Source: Lama glama (lineage: Eukaryota). Taken from it: a stretch of 64,000 nt of DNA. Both the position numbers and the translations under genes were made by a program. Of this stretch, positions 1 through 13,208 are shown piece after piece (within the stretch, counting starts at the first letter, position 1; every line of letters begins with the position of its first letter). The notes beneath the pieces are model-generated. The model saw nothing but the letters and a program-made list of their open reading frames with translations. It did not search any database and had not been told where the DNA came from. The stretch lies in assembly GCA_028534125.1 (NCBI GenBank), contig CM052832.1:20524001-20588000 (forward strand), in the 5' to 3' direction.

Positions 1-476
1 ATTACTCATCTCCACTTCCCTTAGTTTTTTTCTGATGTTATGGCTTGTTCCTTTGTTTGGAACACACACCTCAGTCTCCTGATTTTGCCAAGTTCTGTGT
101 TTATTTCTTGTGGTAGGTAGGTTGGTTATGTTTCCCGATCTTGGAGAAGTGATCTTGTGTAGGAGACATCCTATGGGGTGCAGCAACATGCTCCCTTCTG
201 TTTATCAGACTATATGCTCTAAGGCCACCCTCTCTGTGGGCTGTGTGTGCCCTTCTGCTGCGGCAGGGCCAATTACTGTGGATGCACTGACAGGTAGGGC
301 AGGCCCTCCGGGCCTGGTCAGCTGTGAGGCCATACCTTGTGCAGGGGCCGTGGGCCAGCTGGAGGGCAGAACAAGTTTCCTGTGCAGTTGGCTGCATGGC
401 CCAGGGTGGCTTGGGGCTGCTGCCAGCCAGCTGGAGGGCAGAGCTGGGTTCCCATGTGGTTGTGTGCATGGCCCAT
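1..476 (-). mobile_element. Probable old L1 5' region fragment (5'UTR / ORF1 start), antisense
   Basis: T-rich start followed by a GC-rich segment with two diverged direct repeats 72 bp apart (gccagctggagggcaga...tgcatggccca at 354-403 and 426-475). This resembles antisense L1M 5' ends. Family is from recall only. Confidence 0.45.
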
Positions 477-2265
477 TAATAAAGCCATAGGTTTTGAACT
501 CAATTTCCCTTCTGGCATATTAGCCAAAGTGCAAACACCCAGTACAAAATGCTTTCCTACCTTTCCCCCTAGTATTTCCATTAACAAATGGTTAGTTCGG
601 CTGAAGGGTTTCCAGCCGTCCCCGGACACATTAGTGAGCCCAGCTGACCTGCATCTCTCTTCCTGCACCCCATGGTTGCGGGATGCAGAGAACCTCCTGA
701 AGTTCAGGCTCCCACAGCTCCCTCTTCTTCCACGTTCTCCCTCCTGCATCGGACTTTTTCCAGGTCAGCGAGTTTAGAAGTAGTCCTCCAGGGCCCCACC
801 CGCAAGAGGAGAAGTTCCCTGAGCATGCTGCCTTCTGTCCCCTACCTGCTCCCATCGCCACCTCAGCTCCCTGACATCATGCATCCATTTGACACTTCCT
901 CTGCTCCTCCCACAGCTCAGATCACAGGAGTGGAGGCAGGGATCCCTGTTACCCGTTGGCCTCTCCCTTACCTTAATTGCAAATGACCGTATCAATTACA
1001 AGAGAACAGAGTGTCCAGTCAGCATCCCCAGAGAAGGCTGTCTGAGAGAGTTTAGGCTTTTCCACTTTCCTTTTAAGGAGTCATATTTCTTTTCTCTTGG
1101 GAATGGCTGTTGCAATTAATCTAAGTCGGTGTGCTCTCCTCCTACTTCTCTCTTCCTCCTTAACTGTCTCACTTCCTTCCTCCCTTCCTTCCTTTCTTCT
1201 TCCTTCTCCATTTTTCCCCTTCCTCCATTCAGCCCTTTATTTTGCTCTTTTATGGGAAAAATAGCGAGCAAATAATGGTAAACACATTTTAAAAGGTGAT
1301 AATTAAGAGGTGAACCCCATATGCTTGGCCTGTAGTGGAAATGTATATTTTTAAAGAAAAAAGGCACTTAATAGAAAGGACCATGTCTATGGTAGGAGGC
1401 ACACTAAAGAAAATGCATAAATGTGAATACTATATATTTGATAAAATGTGATTAATTCTTCACATATAAGGAATGACATCATAGGTTGCATACAACTGAG
1501 TAGGAGGGTTTGAAAGTTTTTTGCACCAATTCACTATCTAATTTCCTCAAACATTAGCCTTATCCATACTAAAATAAATTTTACACATCCTTGTCCACAT
1601 GATGATTGGCAGAAACTTGCAGGTAGAGCATACAGGTTATAAAGAAAGAATCATCTTCAAAGGGGAAAACATTTCATTTCTATTTCAATTGCTAAACCTT
1701 CAAATTAGTTGCAGTATAACACTTGGAAAAATGTTAGTTAACATTCACAGGCAGAAATATTACTTGGTGTAAAGTGTGTGTGTCTCTACGCACATGTGTG
1801 TGTGCACATGTGTGTGTAAACTTCTGTCTAATCACCACTGCTTACCTTCACTTTGACATTTACATGGACTTTGGTGATGGCATTTATACTTAACAATATT
1901 CTTAACACATATCCTACAATGTTATTCTCAAAAGGAGCTCTTAGTAAATATTCGTCAAGGATAAGGAATTTGTCAAGGAAGCTAATATTGGCTTTGACTT
2001 TCAGCAGGTTTTTTTTCCATTTCTATATAAAAAGAATCAGAAACCATTAGCATTCAGGATTTAAGCTCTGGTATATGTCTCACGAACAATCCTGGGAATA
2101 TCAAAGCTATGGGAAAATCTGAATAATATCACGATAGTTTGGTGTGAGATTTGACTTACTAAAATGACTTAGCGCCATCTCACATACCAGATACACCTAC
2201 TCACTAACCCTAAAATTATAGAATGGAGCCCTGGGCAGCCCAGAAAAAAAAAATCACAAAGTTTA

Positions 2266-2420
2266 TGCATTTATTTAACAAAAGCATATTTAGTGTCTCT
2301 TATTGCTAGATTGTGTGTTTCTTAGGAAGCGAACAAGATAGATAGGTCCCGTCTCACAGAGCTCACAGTTTAGTGAAGAATCCAGACAACTAAATGGCCA
2401 ACAACAATACAGTGAGTTAG
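2266..2420 (-). mobile_element. L2 LINE 3' end fragment
   Basis: atgcatttatttaacaaaagcatatttagtgtctc...ccgtctcacagagctcacagtttagtg matches the antisense L2 3' terminus pattern. Confidence 0.55.
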
Positions 2421-2447
2421 TGGTTACTAAATGATGATTCATTATCG

Positions 2448-2526
2448 TGCTGATCAGTATCACCTGGAGGGCTTTTTAAAAATACATATTCTCAGGACTC
2501 TGCTCCAGGCATCCTGAATCAGAACC
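2448..2526. mobile_element. MER5-like hAT-Charlie MITE fragment
   Basis: atcacctggagggctttttaaaaatacatattctcagg...ctgaatcagaa resembles the MER5A core. Confidence 0.5.
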
Positions 2527-3117
2527 ATGTTTTAGTCTGGGGAAGTCAAGGGAGACAGCTCATTTCCCAGAGGAAATGAGTCTCAAAAAGGGATGAGAAA
2601 TTATCAAGGAGAAGCTTGTGTGAGGTTGCTGTCAGGCGGGTCAGGGGTCAGTGCTGGTGGGACATCCTGAATAAAATGGGCGTGGGAGAAGCGTGTTACA
2701 CTCTGAGGGAGCAGCACGCCTGCCACCTTAAATATGAGCAAGTATTTACTACGAGAGCGTCCTAGCATAGAACGTGGAGCGGTGCAGGGGTACAGGCAGT
2801 GTCGAAAGAAATAAAACAAGTGGAGTAAGCTCTAGCTCATGTAGGACCTCAGAGGGTTTAGATTATCTCAGAGTTTAGACTATTTCAATAGCAACTGGCA
2901 GCAGAGAAATTTGCTCAGGATCACCATCATGATGTCTCTGGCTTGAGCAACGGTGTAGATGCTCCTAACTTTTGCTGATGTAGGGAGCACAGAAGGAAAA
3001 AGCTGTTTCGGGGGGAAAGGTGAGACATTTCATTTTGAAAGCAGTTTTGAGATCCCTGTGATACCATCTAGTCACAACCAATGGCTATAAAATCCAGGGA
3101 GAAGTTAAGAGTCACCA

Positions 3118-3230
3118 ATCACTTATTGAACAAATATTAACTGAGTACTTCCTCTGAGCTGCACCTAGTGCTCAATCTAGAGAAACAAAGGTAAAAGGAG
3201 AAGACATGGTCTCCACCTTCACAGATCATG
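3118..3230 (-). mobile_element. L2 LINE 3' end fragment
   Basis: ttattgaacaaatattaactgagtacttcctctg...agacatggtctccaccttcacaga, the antisense L2 tail pattern. Confidence 0.55.
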
Positions 3231-4135
3231 CATATGGATGTTCACTGAAACCCTAGGAGCGCAAGAGATCACCCAAGAAGGGGGTGTGGTTAAAAGGGGT
3301 CAAGATTTAGAAGACGAGTGAAACGACTTGCATAAGATCATTTAACAATAAGGTGCATAGTCAGGAATCAAACCAGGCTAGTCAGTGCTTATAGTTTTTG
3401 CTTTTTCACACCTGAGGTTTCCAGGGGGAGCTACCAATAAGACTTGTCCGTGAGAAGTCAGTCAAGACCTAGGAGAGACCTATCCCCAACTTTACTGGTA
3501 ATCACAAGTCATTTCTCTCCAGGTTTCACAGATGAGCAGTGCAAGGATTCTCCGTGAAGACCTGCCAAGCATAGACACATCTATTTTGAGGGCAGTCTAG
3601 GATCTGGAACCCCTTTCCTAATTTGGGCAACACATATTTGGACATAAGAAAGCTGAATCCAAGGAATGTGGTCTCAGAGACTTTGTTCCCTACTCAGCCC
3701 AAAGCCTTAGTCTGTGGTCCAGTATCACAGCTCTGAAAGCTACAGCACTTCGCCAACCTCCCCCATCCCAAGTGCCTATTTCACTTCACGAACCTCCTGG
3801 GCCAGAGATGCTGAGGCAGCAGAAAGATTAGGTAAGAGCCTCAGTAAATAGTTCTCCATGAAATCTGCTTTTTCCATTGTACAAGCTGGCAAAGAGATTT
3901 TCAAGAACAGCACAGCAACAATCCACTCTCACTCTAGCCCCTTTCTTTCCTGGAACTGCTCTTCTAGCTGCCCTTAGCCTTTACATTCTGTTTGACCCCT
4001 CAGCCCAAACCCTCCTGCACACATACACACACCACTCATTTATTTCTAAGATATCACATAACTGAGGAAATAGTTCAAGCAGCTAGGTTTAATTTTGGCA
4101 ACAGGAAAATTTGACATTGAAGGAACCTTCTAGAA

Positions 4136-5253
4136 CAGGGGTTCTTAACCTTTCCAGTGCCATGAAACCCTTTTACAGTCTGGTGTGTCTTGTCAACCTC
4201 TTGTCCAAATAATGTCTTTTTTTTTTTTAAATTGAAGTAGAGTTGATTTACAATGTTGTGTTAGTTTCTGGTGTGCAGCATAGTGATTCAGTCATATATA
4301 TATATATATATATATTCTTTTTCATTACAGGTTATTACAAGCTATTGAACATAGTTCCCTGTGCTATACAGCAGGACATTGTTGTCTATCTATTTTATAA
4401 ATAGTACTTTGTATCTGCTAATCCCAAACTCCTAATTAATCCCTCTCCCCAATCTCTCCCTTTGGTAAAACCATAAGTTTCTTTTCTATGTCAACGAGTC
4501 TGTTTCTGTTTTGTGAATAAGTTCATTTGGGTCATTTTTTTAGATTCCACATATAAGTGATATCATGTGATATTTGTCTTTCTCTGTCTGACTTACATCA
4601 CTTAATATGATAATCTCTAGGTCCATTCATGTTGCTGCAAATGGCATTTCATTCTTTATGACTGAGTAGTATACCATGGTGTGTGTGTGTGTGTATACAT
4701 ATATATACATATATATATACACACATATATATATCACAACTTCTTTATCCAATCATCTGTCAATGGACATTTAAATTGCTTCCATGCCTTGGCTATTATA
4801 AATAGTTCTGCTATGAACATTAGGTGCATGTATCTTTCTGAATCAAATGATGGTTTTAAATGCATAAGATAAAATACTTAGGATTAAAAAGAAAGCCAGT
4901 TATATTGAAATAAAGTTTCAAAATATTAAGAAAGCAGGTTTGTGTTATAGTTATTTATACAATTCTTTACTGAGACATTAAGTAAAAAGATCCAGCACTT
5001 GGTCTAATAACTACCATAATTTTTAAGTGGCAATGATTCTAAATGATATTTAGAGCCATCTGCAACAACTATTAAGTGATACAAGAAAAAGCTGTGATTC
5101 CCATTAGTAACAAAATCACAAGTGCTGCTAAGATGCAGTTTGTCTACATTCAAAAATGAAGGAAATAAATTCTGTGAGTGGTTAGTGAAACTACAAATGT
5201 AATGTTTCACCTTCTGGGTTATGAGTCCCTTAAATTTAGGTTAAGAATCCCTG
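4136..5253 (+). mobile_element. Charlie4a-like (hAT) non-autonomous DNA transposon, split by an L1 insertion
   Basis: Terminal inverted repeats caggggttcttaacct (4136) and aggttaagaatccctg (ending 5253). The 8-bp flanks ttctagaa and ttttagag fit a decayed NTCTAGAN hAT TSD. The interior matches the recalled Charlie4a consensus. Confidence 0.8.
4217..4843 (-). mobile_element. 5'-truncated L1 (3'UTR plus ORF2 end)
   Basis: Poly(T) followed by aattgaagtagagttgatttacaatgttgtgttagtttctggtgt, an artiodactyl-type L1 3' end. Decayed TSD caaataatgtcttt (4206-4219) / caaatgatggtttt (4844-4857). Confidence 0.92.
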
Positions 5254-7898
5254 TTTTAGAGTCAGAATTGTGAGATCTTCCTGCAGTGCTAGAAAGATCA
5301 TAAATTAAGTGCAACTCAAATATCTCTGACTTTACCCCTCTTAAAAAGTGGTACTTAATTCTGAAACAAGAATAATCTGATGACCTGTTGCAAAGTGGTC
5401 TAAGACAGTTTGGGCAAGAACAGCTCTTTGGTGGAGAAAGTTAATCACTGAATAGTTTGAGGTGAGTGGAAGTTAGCTATAGAAACTTATTTATCAGTTT
5501 ATAGAGAAATTAAGTTTTAGATCAACTTCTGTCATTATAAATATACAATATATTACACAAACATTTATGTGCAATCAAACCTCAAACAGTTAATATCACC
5601 TATACTGTAAGCTTGATGAAATCTCACTTTTCTGCCTTTGTAGAAGCCCTATCCACCACACTGCAGGAAATTTTCACACCAGGTAGATGTTCAAACATTC
5701 CAGAGGTGTAAAACTGTGACCTTTATAGTCAGCATCAGACAAACAAGGACCAACCACAAAGCCATTAAGGGATCAAGCATCCCTGGGAACCCAGGCTTTC
5801 AGCCTCCCTGAATTCCTACATCGTGTCCATGCAACTATGTGCCACGTCACTAAAATATTTTAGTAAGTGGCATCTTCTGCACCATTTTCATTTTATCTAA
5901 TCAGAGTCCAGGTCTACCAGTGATCACGCCAAATAACAAGTCACTAATTTACTGAGCAAATCCTTGTCTGACCTTGATTATGCTGATTAGAACATCCTCA
6001 GGTATTGATTGAGCTCTGGATAGTTAAAGGGCTTTTAGTAGCCACCTTTGGAATTAGCCTTTTTCATATAATGTTAAGCGCCATCCTTGGAGTGTGGATT
6101 CTTGATTAGAGAAACTGAATGACCCTAGAGTTGAAGCTTCAGCTAAGTAGCACATACATAATATTGTGCAGTGTGTGCCAAAGTGTTTTAAAGTAAATCA
6201 TTACAGACACTGCAATGACAGTCTCCCAGTCAGCCTGAATACAGCAAGTGCAATATTCTAATAAGTCCTCTCACCAAGTATTTCTGGATGCCTGACAGAA
6301 TGCTCACATGTCCACAGATCACCCATGCTGTCATTTGTTACTTCAGCTGACCAGCGCTGAACCTTTCTGCATCTTCCCTCATCACGCCTCACCATGCCCT
6401 GTTCTTCCCAACTTCTTACCAACACTTTAAAAACATCAGATTGAATTCCAGGATTGCAATGAGATCCTTCTTTCACAAACTCTTTAGTTTCTATTAATTA
6501 TCTCACACTGTCTCAATTCATAAGATCTTGGATATATTAACATATGAGCTATTTACTTATTAGCTTAGTTACCTACTTTCAGTTCCTTACAAAAAAGGAA
6601 AATAAGAGGTCACATTAATTCCCATTATTCCTGCAAAAGTCTAAACATCTTTTTCCTACACAAGTTAGAGGCGAATGCATTAATTCTAAAGGAACTAGAA
6701 AATATATGCTCTTGGCACTTGCAAGTTATTACAGTCTAATTGTAGTTAATTTTATTTTATTCTCTGGGACAACTAATCTCTCGATAACATTTGCAGTGAT
6801 TGATTAAAATCCACTCCTTGCTAAAATCAAGGTCTTGAGATAATTGATGTGCTAATAGACCCGCAATTATTTGAGGCTGTGCTTCCTCACAGGGAGCAAG
6901 TCGAGGAATGGATCAAGTCCAAATCAAGCACCTATTTTGCAACAGGAGCTAGGCTAATTGCCAGGAGACGGTCTGCTTATCAGTTGTGAGAGGTTCTCAT
7001 CCTTCATTAATATGTAGTTCACTTGGACATGAGAGAAATCAGCCCCCATGGGAATATGCTTTGACTCTCCCATTATCACATTTTCCATACACTTGGCTTG
7101 ACCCACTTTTTATCTCCGTTCACAGAGAGATCTGGCTTTTCGCATATGGGCTTTTCTAAACAATCAGCTAGCCATGAACCTGAGTCCCCATAGCTCTATG
7201 CAGTGTCGGCTGCTATAAATTTGGACAGGTGTGTACACCAAAAACAGTAGTAGTTTAAATGGTCCAGACTAAATAGTTCAGAAGTTGACAAAATAAATAT
7301 TCCCAAGTGCTAACCTGTGAGTCTCCCACGCTGTGTCTTGTGCCTGCGTGGGCTCACTCTGGTGACTCTCAGTCGACGTGGTAAGTCTGGATTGCCTCAG
7401 ACACCTTAGAGAACCGCCCTGTCCTGCCGGGGGCTAACTCCTGATCTCCTGTACACCAGGCTAAGCTCTCTGTTGAGTGGAAGCCTACCCACAGAGAGAT
7501 TGCAAGCAAGGCTTTGAAATCTCATTTAGTGAAACAAAAACCATTTTCTTCTGTCTTTGCCAAACACAATCCCAGTGGCCAAAAGGACAGAATTGTTACC
7601 TGACATCAGTCAACCTTATTTTATCCCAGGCTTGTGAGAGAATGTGTAAGTGAGGCACAAAGCTTTATGGCCTCAGCTCTCTTTGTCTTCACAAAGAATA
7701 TTCTTTCCTGGGAGTTTATAACTGAAGTTCATTAAAGATGATCTTTACAATTATAAGATGCGTGATGATAGGTTTATTTTTTGACTTCATTCTCATTATG
7801 GCTCAAAATAAATATCCAATGTAGCCAATTCTTTTGGACAAATATCAAGAAAAACCAGCTGTTCAATTATCAGTAAAATACAGTTTTCAGGTGCTACA

Positions 7899-8135
7899 AT
7901 AATGGCTAACATATATTGTGAGCTTACTACGGGCCAGTATCTGTGCTGAGTGTTTCATTAGCTGCACAACATTTTAATCCTTATGACATACAAATATGAT
8001 TTCACTTACATTACATCCCAACAAGCACCATTATTCTCCCCATTTTACAGATGAGTACATAGAGTAACAGAAAAGAAAGCACGACTAGGGTCCCACATGT
8101 AGAAAGCAAGTAGCAAATCTCAGACTAAACCAGAG
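7899..8135 (-). mobile_element. MIR SINE
   Basis: aataatggctaacatatattgtgagcttactacgggccag... plus the core ccccattttacagatgag. Confidence 0.75.
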
Positions 8136-11100
8136 CAGTAATCAAGTACTTGATGAGAACATTTTCTAGTATGACCTGTGCTATTCTGAATGAGATTTAG
8201 CCAGGGAGAACTGGCCATCAATCATCGTAACCAAATTCACCTTTTGTTGTTGCTATTTAAGTATAATTTTGTCCTAGAAAATTCATAGTGAGTGATCATG
8301 ATTACATTTTCCTCATCTACATGCCTCTGACATTCTGGGTGAAGATGCTAATCTTGTATAAAGCTGTCTTTGGAGCTGTTGATGCTACCACATCTCACTC
8401 CTGTGGGAAATGGAGAGATGTCGTGCACAGAATAGAATAAAATGTATTAGGGCCAGGTTAAACTGCTAATAAGAGTAATCATAGTAACAGACCTAAAATT
8501 ATTTTAAATCTAGTTTTAATGACATAAGCCCATTTCAGAAGTCTTACTGATGTGATTAGAAATTCATAAATTTTATATAAATTGAAAATAGAAATTACAT
8601 TATTAAAATACTGTTCTGTATCTATACCATCATATATGCAAATTTATGCATATATACATAAATTATACATTTACATGCATAAACTAATTTATCAGGACTA
8701 CTCAATTTCATTTCCTAGTTAATAATTTAGTACTTATTAACCTTCAATATTTCCATCAAGATATAGTTTCCTATTAATGATGATAAAACATAAAAGCACT
8801 GTAAGATGATAGAGTGTATTTTCTAAACAAAATTTGCTTCCCATTTTAGAAACTTTATGTCACCAAGGCATTACCATCAAATTTTACTTCTGTATTTTAC
8901 TTCAAGATAAAAATAGAGAGGAAAGCTTTCTAAATGTGTAAGTCCAAGAAAACCTGTAATTAGCACCCCTGGCTCTTGCATTCTACATCTTACTTCAGCT
9001 TGACAGTAGGCAGGAGATGTCCTCTTCAATTTCAGGTTGAAGCCAGAATGAAAAGTGCTGTGGGGAAAAAAAAAAACCCTCTGCTTTCTGTTCTCATAAT
9101 TCTCTTCTGCCCATGAAATGAACTTATACAGAATATTTGAAATAGCATTTCAAATCCACCCGGCTCTTGTCTATTTGTCACTAAAGACGCTAGATGGCTA
9201 AGTCTTGAGGGGCCCATGGTGGATTGGTCTGGAAGGCTGCAACCCGAGAAGACGTGGGGAAACCTTGCAGACTCACCAGGGTAGTGGTCAGGCTGAAGGG
9301 TTCAAGTGCTCTAAAGAAGCTCAATTATTTTGCCACTCAGATCTGCAAGGTTTTCCCACCAATGGGTTTGCTATGGACTCAAAACATTGTTACTTGCCTG
9401 AATAGTCCCCGTGGTTAATGGCTGGCATTAGATATCACATGAGCCTTGGGTTTTGAGACTCAAGACAGGATCCTGTGGATTCTCAACTTGCTTTTTAGTT
9501 AAGGACAGAAGACCTTTGGTCCATCCATCCTGAGCTGTCAAAAATATCTGGTCTGAAAATGGATATAGACTTATAGCTGGGAACTTGCTGGCCAGGAAAC
9601 TTATAGTGGCATGATTCAAAACCTCTCCAAAAATATGATATGGAAAGAAGTGAGTGGTGCTGACTCAGAAGTTCAGGCTAGAGGTCAAAGTATTATCCAC
9701 ACAGAAGTCAGCCTCTTAACTGGTCTTATTGTCTCCATCGGACTGATCTTTCTCAAGTGAAGGGCTGATCCTACTACTCCAGTGATGAAGGTAGGTCAGC
9801 AACCGGGGCATGAAGGGCAAGGGGCAAGAGTACAAATGGAATCCCACAAACATACAGCTAAATACATGAAAACTATAAATTGATTTAACAAACTAATAAA
9901 TAGAACATGTCCTGTGAAAAATATGCCTTAATATATGATAAAATATAGACATAACATGTAGAGCTACAGTTTTTTATATGAATGAAGTCAGGAAAACAGT
10001 AAAAACAACTAAATTGTATTATTATTGTGCATGTTTGAGTATTCTGTTTAGAGTCTGGTGAGTTTAGAATGGGTAATAAAAACACACAAAATACAGATTC
10101 TTATATATTCTGTAATTTTCATTGCAACAAAATAACTCATTGTTATTAGAATCAGTATCTTCATAAAATTTATGTTCCAGTGATTGCAGTGATCTAAAGG
10201 ATTAAAAATATTGCAAATACACAAAAGTTTAATATAGTTGCACTCACTGAAGATGTAAGTTACAAGTACAAATGAAAAATGAGTATTTGTCATATTTTAA
10301 AAAAAGTCTTTTCATCTAAAACAGTCACAGCTATCCATAAAATTAAAAGACAAAAGACAAAGTATAAGACTATCAAGAATCAATAAAATATTTTAAAATA
10401 AAGCTGAAGTTTATATGTAATTTTAAAGAATTTAATATTTTATATGAATAAAGCCTTTTGAATTTTAGCATTCAATGTAAAATTATGTTTTATGTGTTTT
10501 TATCTATATATCGATATACATGTATATATAGTATGTATGTGAGCATGTGTGTATATATATAAAGAAAGAGTAATATAAATATTTAACACTGTAAAATATT
10601 CCTTAGCCTTCATGTGCAAGTTCTGGGAATACCACCCTAAGCCCCGTGTATCTCTTTGTCTACAAATTAGAACATAAAGAGAAGTAAGGAAATGGATGCT
10701 CATTTGGTCCTGTTTGAAAACTATCCTCTGTTAGGCAAGAATCTACTGCATACATCTTATCTGAGAAGCTTTCATCAATGAGCACAAGTTAATAAAAGAA
10801 AATCACTTCCATTCCTCCCCCTCTCAAGTTGTTCCCATTTTTGAAGCCATGTCCATTCCCAGGGTGCTGTGCCTCAGTCACAGACCTTCGCAAGGTGAGG
10901 ACCAGTCATCTGAGGATGCAGGGCCACTGTGGAGAGGTGTTTCCCTAGGTCCCCAATGGTCGTCACGAAAGCTGATGTTTGTACTATGTGTTGACCTGGG
11001 CCGGCCATGCCTGCTAAAACCGGAGCCCAGAGGTCGTCTTGTCTGCTCTAATGACTTAGTGTGTGTGTGTGTGACTGTTAAAGAAAAGACTTCTAGCATG

Positions 11101-11409
11101 TGGGCTCTACAGCAAGGGCCCCTCTTCAGACAAAGAGCAGTTACATCAGTAACACTCTTACACTAAAATTCATGTATTTTAAATACGATGGAGAAGACAA
11201 GACTCTCTAAGGGGCCAAATACTGTTTTCTTTTTGCCACTGGACAATTTCCACATGCTCTCCTCTTCAGCCAAAAGGAAGTAACTTTATTCCTGCTTGCT
11301 TGCTTGCTTATTTATTTATTTATTTATTGTTGGGTACTTAGAAAAACTCTAGCCCCCTTGCTTTCAAATCCTTTCACTTCACTCCCTCCCTAAGGGATTG
11401 GTCATTAAA

Positions 11410-11700
11410 GACCCAAATCAGACATCAGATATCACCATTTCTGGGAAGATGCCTTCTCATGCCCATCTGGGTGAGGGTCCTTTCTAGGTCCTCCTACAGC
11501 ACCCTGGGTCTCCTTCTGTCATAGGACTGGCCACACTGGATTGTAATCTTCTAAGAAGAAGAAGCCTCCTCCTAATTGTGAGCATGTTAAGGGCAAAAAC
11601 TGCATTTAATTTTACTTTATATTTCCTCCACCTAGTACATCATCAACTGATACATCATGGACACTTGATACACATCTGATAAAAAAATAAACTATTAAAT
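11410..11700 (+). mobile_element. L2 LINE 3' fragment
   Basis: cagatatcaccatttctgggaag...tgtgagcatgttaagggcaaaaactgc...cacctagtaca, the L2 3' pattern. Confidence 0.55.
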
Positions 11701-12713
11701 AAACGAAGACATTTAGCTCTTTCAGACGGTCACCAGTATACAGATGGCATCACCTCTATGGATATCCATTCGTTTGTTTGTCACCAGAGAGCAAAATACG
11801 GTCCAATCAAAGCCAGTCCCTGGGTTGTCCATCCAGAACCAGCCCTTCACGGGGTCAAAACCAAATCTATTCCCCTCAGTGCACACAAATTTCCCTTCAA
11901 ATACAAGCCAAGCTGGATGACATCAAGTCTTGTGTATACTCAGCTTACTCCTTATAAGCCTCAATTTCTTCCCTTTGTCACCACATGTGTGAAAAGACAG
12001 CTGATGCCAGCGTTCCATGCAGAGTTTGCAAAAAGGTCAACTAGCATTCAGATTTATGCTGGTAAAATTCATTCCTTCTCTTTCAAAAATTTAATGAGAA
12101 AGGACAGCTTTGTGAAATGGAGGAGCAAGAACAATATTGCTTAAATAAATTGGAATTTGCACTTTGATTACCCGGCAGTTTCTGCCATACTTTACTGGAA
12201 ATGCTCCCTGCGGTGCAGGCTTTCTCTGGGGTGACATCATCACATGAAGCCATCCTCACTATAATTATTTCCATCCACATTTGTAGAGCACATGGCAAAA
12301 ACATTCAGTAAGGAATATGTGATGCATATAGAACAATTTAAAACTGTAGAGTCACCAGAAAGCCCCATTAAAAGGCAAATGATATATCTTTATACATGCC
12401 TCTCAGATCCCAAAGGAAGTATTTCATATTGGCATTAGAAAACAGAGAATCTCTTTTGAACTATGAGACTCTGATAAGAGCAAGTACCGTATGCCATGAA
12501 ATAACAAATAATATGGGTAGGTTCAGTTGCTTTTCTTGAAATAATGCTCTTAAAATCTGTGACATTAAGGGAGTGGGCATATTTTAGTTCACATCATCAA
12601 ATTTCAGTCCTTCTAGAATTCAGGCTCTGACAGTGCTAATCTCAATTATTGGGATTTTAAAATTATATTCACGGTAATTCTGGTTTCCCTATTGGATAAA
12701 TTGTTCCTTTTTT

Positions 12714-12813
12714 GTTCGTTTTCTTTTTCTTTTTTTTTTTTAATGGAGGTACTGGGGATGGACTTTGTGCATGTTAGGCATGCGCTCTACCACTGAGCTA
12801 CTCCCCCCACCCC
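12714..12813 (-). mobile_element. tRNA-derived SINE, Vic-1-like (camelid)
   Basis: Reverse complement reads gggagtagctcagtggtagagcgcatgcctaacatgcacaaagtccatccccagtacctccattaaaaa, with an A-box (tagctcagtgg) and an A-rich tail. Approximate TSD aaattgttcctttttt (12698) / aaatgttcttttttt (12814). Confidence 0.8.
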
Positions 12814-13175
12814 AAATGTTCTTTTTTTGAATGTGTATTTTTCTTCAATTTTAATAAAAGTGAAAACACCAATATAAACGTATTAATTTTCCCCAAAATC
12901 AAGAAGCTCACTGAAAAACAAGATTTTTTTTGACAATTTAAATGAAATAAAAAATGTGAAAGCTGTACATGGCTTCCCTGACAATCTGTGATTTCTTCAG
13001 GCTGACTGTACCTGGGTAGGGGCATGTAGCCTCCCATTGCTGTAAGTTAAAGGATGTGGTCAGGTTCTTTGTCTCCTGGAAAATAAAAGCCCCTACCATC
13101 TGCTCACTGAGGCTTTGATTTTGTTTTAAGTGTATAAAAACACACTTAACTCTGCAGTTAGTGGTAAGGTCCAAA

Positions 13176-13208
13176 TTTATTCATTCATTCATTCATTCAT
13201 TCATTCAA
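13176..13208. repeat. (ATTC)n simple repeat, likely an L2 tail remnant
   Basis: ttattcattcattcattcattcattcattcaac. Confidence 0.8.

Noticed and set aside
101..1119. Cluster of overlapping 70-146-aa ORFs
   Set aside because: GC-rich, repeat-like sequence is open in several frames on both strands, and no protein is recognisable.
9795..10740. Very AT-rich tract, possibly a hAT-Tip100 transposon remnant
   Set aside because: I could not identify matching TIRs or a TSD.
12745..12805. Possible tRNA-Ala gene
   Set aside because: It has no B-box or T-arm and carries a poly(A) tail and TSD, so it is a SINE.
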